From positions 741,062-805,061 of the forward strand of contig JAHQJS010000004.1 in NCBI GenBank assembly GCA_019057385.1: DNA of 64,000 nt, written 5' to 3'. Under the pieces are notes generated by a model that made no database searches, was not told the origin of the DNA, and saw nothing but the letters and a program-made list of their open reading frames with translations. Source of the DNA: Candidatus Borrarchaeum weybense (GTDB taxonomy: Archaea > Asgardarchaeota > Sifarchaeia > Borrarchaeales > Borrarchaeaceae). Both the position numbers and the translations under genes were made by a program. Shown in pieces: positions 59,815 through 64,000 of the stretch (the first letter of the stretch is position 1; every line of letters begins with the position of its first letter).

Positions 59815-60828
59815 TTATTCTTGTATAAAAATATCTTCGTTCAGATACACAACTCTATTATATCTTGCATTTTTTTGAATATATGCCTCATCAAAAACTA
59901 TGCTATTTTCAATTATAGAATTTTCACCGATTTCTGTATTTCTTCCTATTGTTGTATAAGGTCCTATCTGAGTATTTTTTTCTATTTTTGCATTATTTCC
60001 AATTAGCACAGGAGGAATAATCTTTGTATTACTTCCAATTTGACTTCCATTTTCTATTAGTTTAAATCCTGGCGTAATTGGGATTATTCCAGCTTGAATG
60101 CGGGATAAAACCTCACGATTAGCATCTAAAAGATCCTTTGCTCGAGAAATGTTCTTTCTCCATCCGTCAAATAATGATCCATATACTTTTACGTTGTCTT
60201 GTTTAAGTAATTTCTTAATCGCATCAGCAATTTCAAATTCCCCTCTTGGTGAGGGCTTTATTTCCTGAATAGCACGGAATATTATCGGACTGAAAATATA
60301 GATGCCGGTTGTAATGATATTAGAGAATACTATGGATGGCTTTTCTTCAATTTTAATGATCTTGTTATCTTCTCCAATGAGAACAACTCCTGTTTCTTTT
60401 GGAGTTCTTTTTTCTTCTAAAAGAAGTGTGGCATTCGCTTGGCGATTTAAATGGTGTTGAAATAAATCGTTAGGCGGCAAATCTAGAAATAGATTATCTC
60501 CTAAATACACTACAAAATCTTTCTTGACGATTTCTTTCGCCAGATTAATTGCATCAGCTAATCCTAGTTGTTTTTCTTGAAATAAATATTTGATGGATCC
60601 TCTAAAGTGTGTGCTGTTCAAATACACTTGAATTTGTTGGTATTTGTAACCCAGCACCATGAAAATTTTTCTTATATGAAGTTTTTGCAAAAAATCGAGC
60701 GCGTATTCGATGATTGGCTTTCCAGCAACCGATAGCAGTGGTTTAGGGATATGTTCTGTCAGAGGCAAGAACCTTGTTCCTTTACCAGCTGCAAGTACTA
60801 TTGCAGTATCGAGAATTTCAATCACCAA
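59815..60828 (-). CDS. Sugar-phosphate nucleotidyltransferase (glucose-1-phosphate thymidylyltransferase-like)
   Basis: LAAGKGTRFLPLT..PKPL, QLGLADA, YLGDN, EEKP, SPRGEFEI; C-terminal hexapeptide repeats. Confidence 0.9.
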   Translation of the reverse strand: MVIEILDTAIVLAAGKGTRFLPLTEHIPKPLLSVAGKPIIEYALDFLQKLHIRKIFMVLGYKYQQIQVYLNSTHFRGSIKYLFQEKQLGLADAINLAKEIVKKDFVVYLGDNLFLDLPPNDLFQHHLNRQANATLLLEEKRTPKETGVVLIGEDNKIIKIEEKPSIVFSNIITTGIYIFSPIIFRAIQEIKPSPRGEFEIADAIKKLLKQDNVKVYGSLFDGWRKNISRAKDLLDANREVLSRIQAGIIPITPGFKLIENGSQIGSNTKIIPPVLIGNNAKIEKNTQIGPYTTIGRNTEIGENSIIENSIVFDEAYIQKNARYNRVVYLNEDIFIQE

Positions 60829-60880
60829 AAGAAGATGCGTTCTATAGCTTCTAAAATGTAAAAACGAAGTAAGTAATTAA

Positions 60881-61627
60881 TTATTTGGTCTCAATAGAAA
60901 TCCCTAAAAAATCTGTATTAACGAACCAGTTAGAAATATCAGCTTGCTCTAAGAATTGTTGGACTTCTTGCGGTGTATAACTCGCATCGATTGATGATTT
61001 CCAATATTTCCACCAGTTTCCAGCAATAAGGCGTCCTAACACATGCACAATGAATTTTGCCCTTAGCCCTAAATCCCGGCGTTCATCTTTGATATATACT
61101 TTCCCATCTGGCTTTAATACCCGAGAAATCTCTTTGAAACCATTTAAGGGATTTTCCCAGTGATGCAGAGAATCGTTGGATAAAACCAAGTCATATTTTT
61201 GATCTGGAATCATTTCCATGTTTTCAACATAACCAGTTATATAATTTACACGTTCTGCTACATTTTCATCTTTTGCATTCTTTCTGGCTACTCTTTGCAT
61301 ATCGGCTGATGGTTCTAGACCATCTACTCTGACATCAGGACGTTCTTTTGCCAACCAGATACCTATCCAGCCTGGGCCTGGACCTATTTCTAGAATAATC
61401 GCCCCTTGTGGTGGATCTATTGATTTTATGATATGTTTTATAATATTTCGATACTCAAAACCCATATTTTTCTTCATCCTTTCACTATATTCTTCCATGG
61501 TAAACTCTGGAGTATCTAGTATTGCCTCTCCTTCTGGGATTCTAGGTCTGATTTTCTTGCTTTTAGCCATTTGTTTACACCACTTTTTTTTAATTCCAAA
61601 GGCGTGATATGCACTTTTCAGTGACAT
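60881..61627 (-). CDS. Class I SAM-dependent methyltransferase (start probably about 61570)
   Basis: ILEIGPGPG, YDLVLSNDSLHHW, RVLKPDG. Confidence 0.9.
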   Translation of the reverse strand: MSLKSAYHAFGIKKKWCKQMAKSKKIRPRIPEGEAILDTPEFTMEEYSERMKKNMGFEYRNIIKHIIKSIDPPQGAIILEIGPGPGWIGIWLAKERPDVRVDGLEPSADMQRVARKNAKDENVAERVNYITGYVENMEMIPDQKYDLVLSNDSLHHWENPLNGFKEISRVLKPDGKVYIKDERRDLGLRAKFIVHVLGRLIAGNWWKYWKSSIDASYTPQEVQQFLEQADISNWFVNTDFLGISIETK

Positions 61628-61660
61628 TGAAAAAAATAAAAAAAGGGCAATAATGCCCTT

Positions 61661-62287
61661 TCACATAATACATTCTATTAAAGCTTCTATTTTATATGGC
61701 TTTACTGCGTCTACAATAGCTTCAATTGGTTCATCGTCTTCATCTTTTTCTCTTACGATTTCTAGAGCCCTCCTGCGCCTTCGTATAAATTCTCCCAATG
61801 TGGGGAATTCATACGTCATCTCATATTCAGCAATCAATTCAATTTCTTCTTTGTGAGCAAATCCTTTGATGCTTTCTGAAAAACCTCTATGACTTACCAT
61901 AATAAATCTAAATCCATTTATTGCTATTTTTTCGTTTACAAGAAGACTCCTCAGCCGACTTATTTGATAGCCCTGATCAATTCCTACAACTCTGTTCCAA
62001 TCTTTCATAATTACTAACCCTAAATGATCGCCAATAGAGTTTTTCAAAAGCAGCGTAGTATTATTATTTGCTAACATTTTTCTGATATGGCTTTTCCTAT
62101 ATGGTTTCCAATGAGCTATGTCAACTGGTACTAAACCCTTTTTTTGGAAATAGGTTCTAGTAAGCCAACGAAGTTCATTCGGCATTCTAGCTCTCTTTCC
62201 CAGCGAAATCTCTCTAACCCCCAATTGTCTATATAGTAAAATACCGACAAAATACTTTATAATTGTTGCCCTCCTTTTTAAAGGCAT
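61661..62287 (-). CDS. Mrr-like restriction-endonuclease-fold protein, probably diverged (start may be about 62183)
   Basis: MKDWNRVVGIDQ and IMVSHRGFS..A..IELI resemble the Mrr catalytic-domain C-terminal half. Confidence 0.5.
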   Translation of the reverse strand: MPLKRRATIIKYFVGILLYRQLGVREISLGKRARMPNELRWLTRTYFQKKGLVPVDIAHWKPYRKSHIRKMLANNNTTLLLKNSIGDHLGLVIMKDWNRVVGIDQGYQISRLRSLLVNEKIAINGFRFIMVSHRGFSESIKGFAHKEEIELIAEYEMTYEFPTLGEFIRRRRRALEIVREKDEDDEPIEAIVDAVKPYKIEALIECIM

Positions 62288-62300
62288 TATAGGCGCTCTT

Positions 62301-62390
62301 CGGGCGCGATGGCGCGTTTTATTAAATATGCGGGCGCGATAACCTCTCCCTTTATATATACGTGCGCGATTGTGCGCTTCTTTATATATT
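62301..62390. repeat. Three 30-bp phased units
   Basis: CG(G/T)GCGCGAT at 62301, 62331 and 62361, each followed by a variable 10-mer and an AT-rich 10-mer. Confidence 0.8.
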
Positions 62391-62558
62391 ATTACCTTAA
62401 ACGCTACAAAGATTAAAATTCTAGAAATATAGCTAAATACAATACATAAAAAGGCAGCAAATAAGAATGAAGCTGATATTTGAATCAGTATTCATTTAAA
62501 CACCACTTATATGAGATAGGCAAAGTTCTTCATATTTGAAGGTAAGCTTTTTACTTGA

Positions 62559-63524
62559 TTGGCCTTTTTCATTATAATGAGTGAGCCAGTAATGCAGAAC
62601 ATAATATCAGACGCTATCAAACTGTTTCAGTTTCTGAAAAACTCACCATATACACCCTACATAGTCATTGCGCTGTGTTTTATGATATTAGTTATAATTC
62701 AGGTACGTAAAGTTAGAGATCGAAATCGCAGGAAAGAATTTCTTTTAATCGAGACTCATCAGCAGAATCTTCAGATAAAAGAATCTTCTAGTTATGCCTT
62801 AACTCTTGAAGGGAAAATAATAGATCTTAACAAAATGACCGAAAGGGAAATGATTGAGATAAGATGGATTCTTTTCTTTCTACCGTTCTTCTTTCTTAGC
62901 ACTCTGTTGGTTATTTTGTACTCTCCATTGTTTTGGCCAATTCCTTTCATAGGTCTAATAGGTGTTCTTGTTATAACAATCTTGGGAGCGATTCGCATGT
63001 CAAAATATGGTTTTACAAAAAGTTATCTCTCTGGACACGATTTACTTAACGAAATGCGATTAGATGAAAGGAATAAGAATCTAACTGTTTCACATACATT
63101 CTTTGCAAATCAAGTTGAATTGAATAATTTCTTTGAATATGTGTCTTGTGAGAGTCGATTAACGTTAGATGACAGAGTAAGTTCTACATGGACTTTATAT
63201 GTCGGCCTTAGGGCAATAAAAACATGCGATCATGCCCTTAATAGTGCCTTATTCATGGTAAATAAACAAAAATCAAAAATATCCTCAAAACTTCGGAGAG
63301 TTATTAACTCAGAGAACATCGAAAAAATATCCGACTTCTTCCTTGATGATGAGAAAAAGTCGTGGTTTTGCATCGAATCATGGGAGAATTATTTAATTGG
63401 AAAAATTCGATTTGCTATACACGAACCTCAACGTGTGACAGAAGAACGGACAAAAAGGCTAATTCAGGCTTTCGAACTTCTTGAAGAGTTTTCTATAAAC
63501 TTCTTTCAGCATTTACAAAGTTAA
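62559..63524 (+). CDS. Membrane protein, unknown function
   Basis: Three hydrophobic segments and a soluble C-terminal region. Confidence 0.55.
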   Translation: MAFFIIMSEPVMQNIISDAIKLFQFLKNSPYTPYIVIALCFMILVIIQVRKVRDRNRRKEFLLIETHQQNLQIKESSSYALTLEGKIIDLNKMTEREMIEIRWILFFLPFFFLSTLLVILYSPLFWPIPFIGLIGVLVITILGAIRMSKYGFTKSYLSGHDLLNEMRLDERNKNLTVSHTFFANQVELNNFFEYVSCESRLTLDDRVSSTWTLYVGLRAIKTCDHALNSALFMVNKQKSKISSKLRRVINSENIEKISDFFLDDEKKSWFCIESWENYLIGKIRFAIHEPQRVTEERTKRLIQAFELLEEFSINFFQHLQS

Positions 63525-63568
63525 CTGAGCGATCTTTTTCGATCTAGATTATGTTTGTTTAATTTAGA

Positions 63569-64000
63569 TTATTTTGGCGTAATTAAATCGTGAGGTTGCA
63601 TTTCTTGCATACCCGCTGGTGTTAATATTCCGAAATTAGCTTTCTGTTTAAGTTCATTAAGATCTCTCGCGCCAACATAACCTAATGCAGCTTTAAGTCC
63701 GCCAGCAAGTTCATTAATTACATCACTTATTGTTCCTCGATATGGAACAAAGCCTTCTACACCTTCTGCGATATCTTTGCTTGGTTGAGAATATCTATCA
63801 TATGAAAATCGCTTTTTCCTAGCTGCAATTGACCCCATTCCATAATACTGCTTGTAGTATTTTCCTTCTAACGCTATTAACCGTCCAGGAGATTCGCGAC
63901 ATCCTGCAAAAATGTTTCCCATCATACAAGCTGAAGCGCCAGCAGCTAAAGCCACGGCGATATCACCACTGTTTTTTATTCCACCATCGGCACAGATCGG
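63569..64000 (-). CDS. guaB: IMP dehydrogenase, C-terminal part (gene runs off the window)
   Basis: PICADGGIKNSGDIAVALAAGA, ESPG, YYGMGS, EGVEG. Confidence 0.92.
   Translation of the reverse strand, partial: PICADGGIKNSGDIAVALAAGASACMMGNIFAGCRESPGRLIALEGKYYKQYYGMGSIAARKKRFSYDRYSQPSKDIAEGVEGFVPYRGTISDVINELAGGLKAALGYVGARDLNELKQKANFGILTPAGMQEMQPHDLITPK

Noticed and set aside
1-64000. tRNA, rRNA, RNase P or SRP RNA genes and canonical CRISPR arrays
   Set aside because: None recognised by eye; the GC-rich patches are explained by the IS-derived elements and the two ncRNA-like copies

Overview
AT-rich (roughly 35% GC) archaeal chromosome segment, most likely from an Asgard archaeon. This is inferred from the SDS22-type LRR proteins, a two-domain RPB5-like Rpo5, a diverged Cas1, Alba, DTD2, RFC-L and XPB/Bax1. 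From about 13.2 kb to the end the window is mostly housekeeping or metabolic: HerA-like ATPase, dtdA, acyl-CoA mutase operon, ABC exporter, iscS/iscU, xpb/bax1, duplicated alba, subtilase, cofC/cofD, leuB-like, rfcL, P-type ATPase and partial guaB. It also holds two non-autonomous IS200/IS605-type elements. The main result is at about 2.0-13.2 kb, an array-less CRISPR-Cas-derived locus. It encodes a 1330-aa Ski2/Hel308-like helicase-wHTH-Zn finger-Cas1 fusion, a Cas7-like RAMP and a Cas5-like RAMP-HD fusion. Two copies of a ~130-nt structured element with compensatory base changes follow the RAMP genes. The second copy ends exactly at an 11-bp sequence (TCAGTATTTCA) that recurs at 2011-2021, suggesting an ~11.1-kb mobile element with a target-site duplication and LRR and toxin-antitoxin cargo. 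A 40-bp palindromic sequence next to the left junction is copied exactly inside the element. The working hypothesis, which is inference, is a Cas1-driven and possibly RNA-guided mobile element that uses structured ncRNAs instead of a CRISPR array. All calls come from reading motifs by eye; no searches were run.
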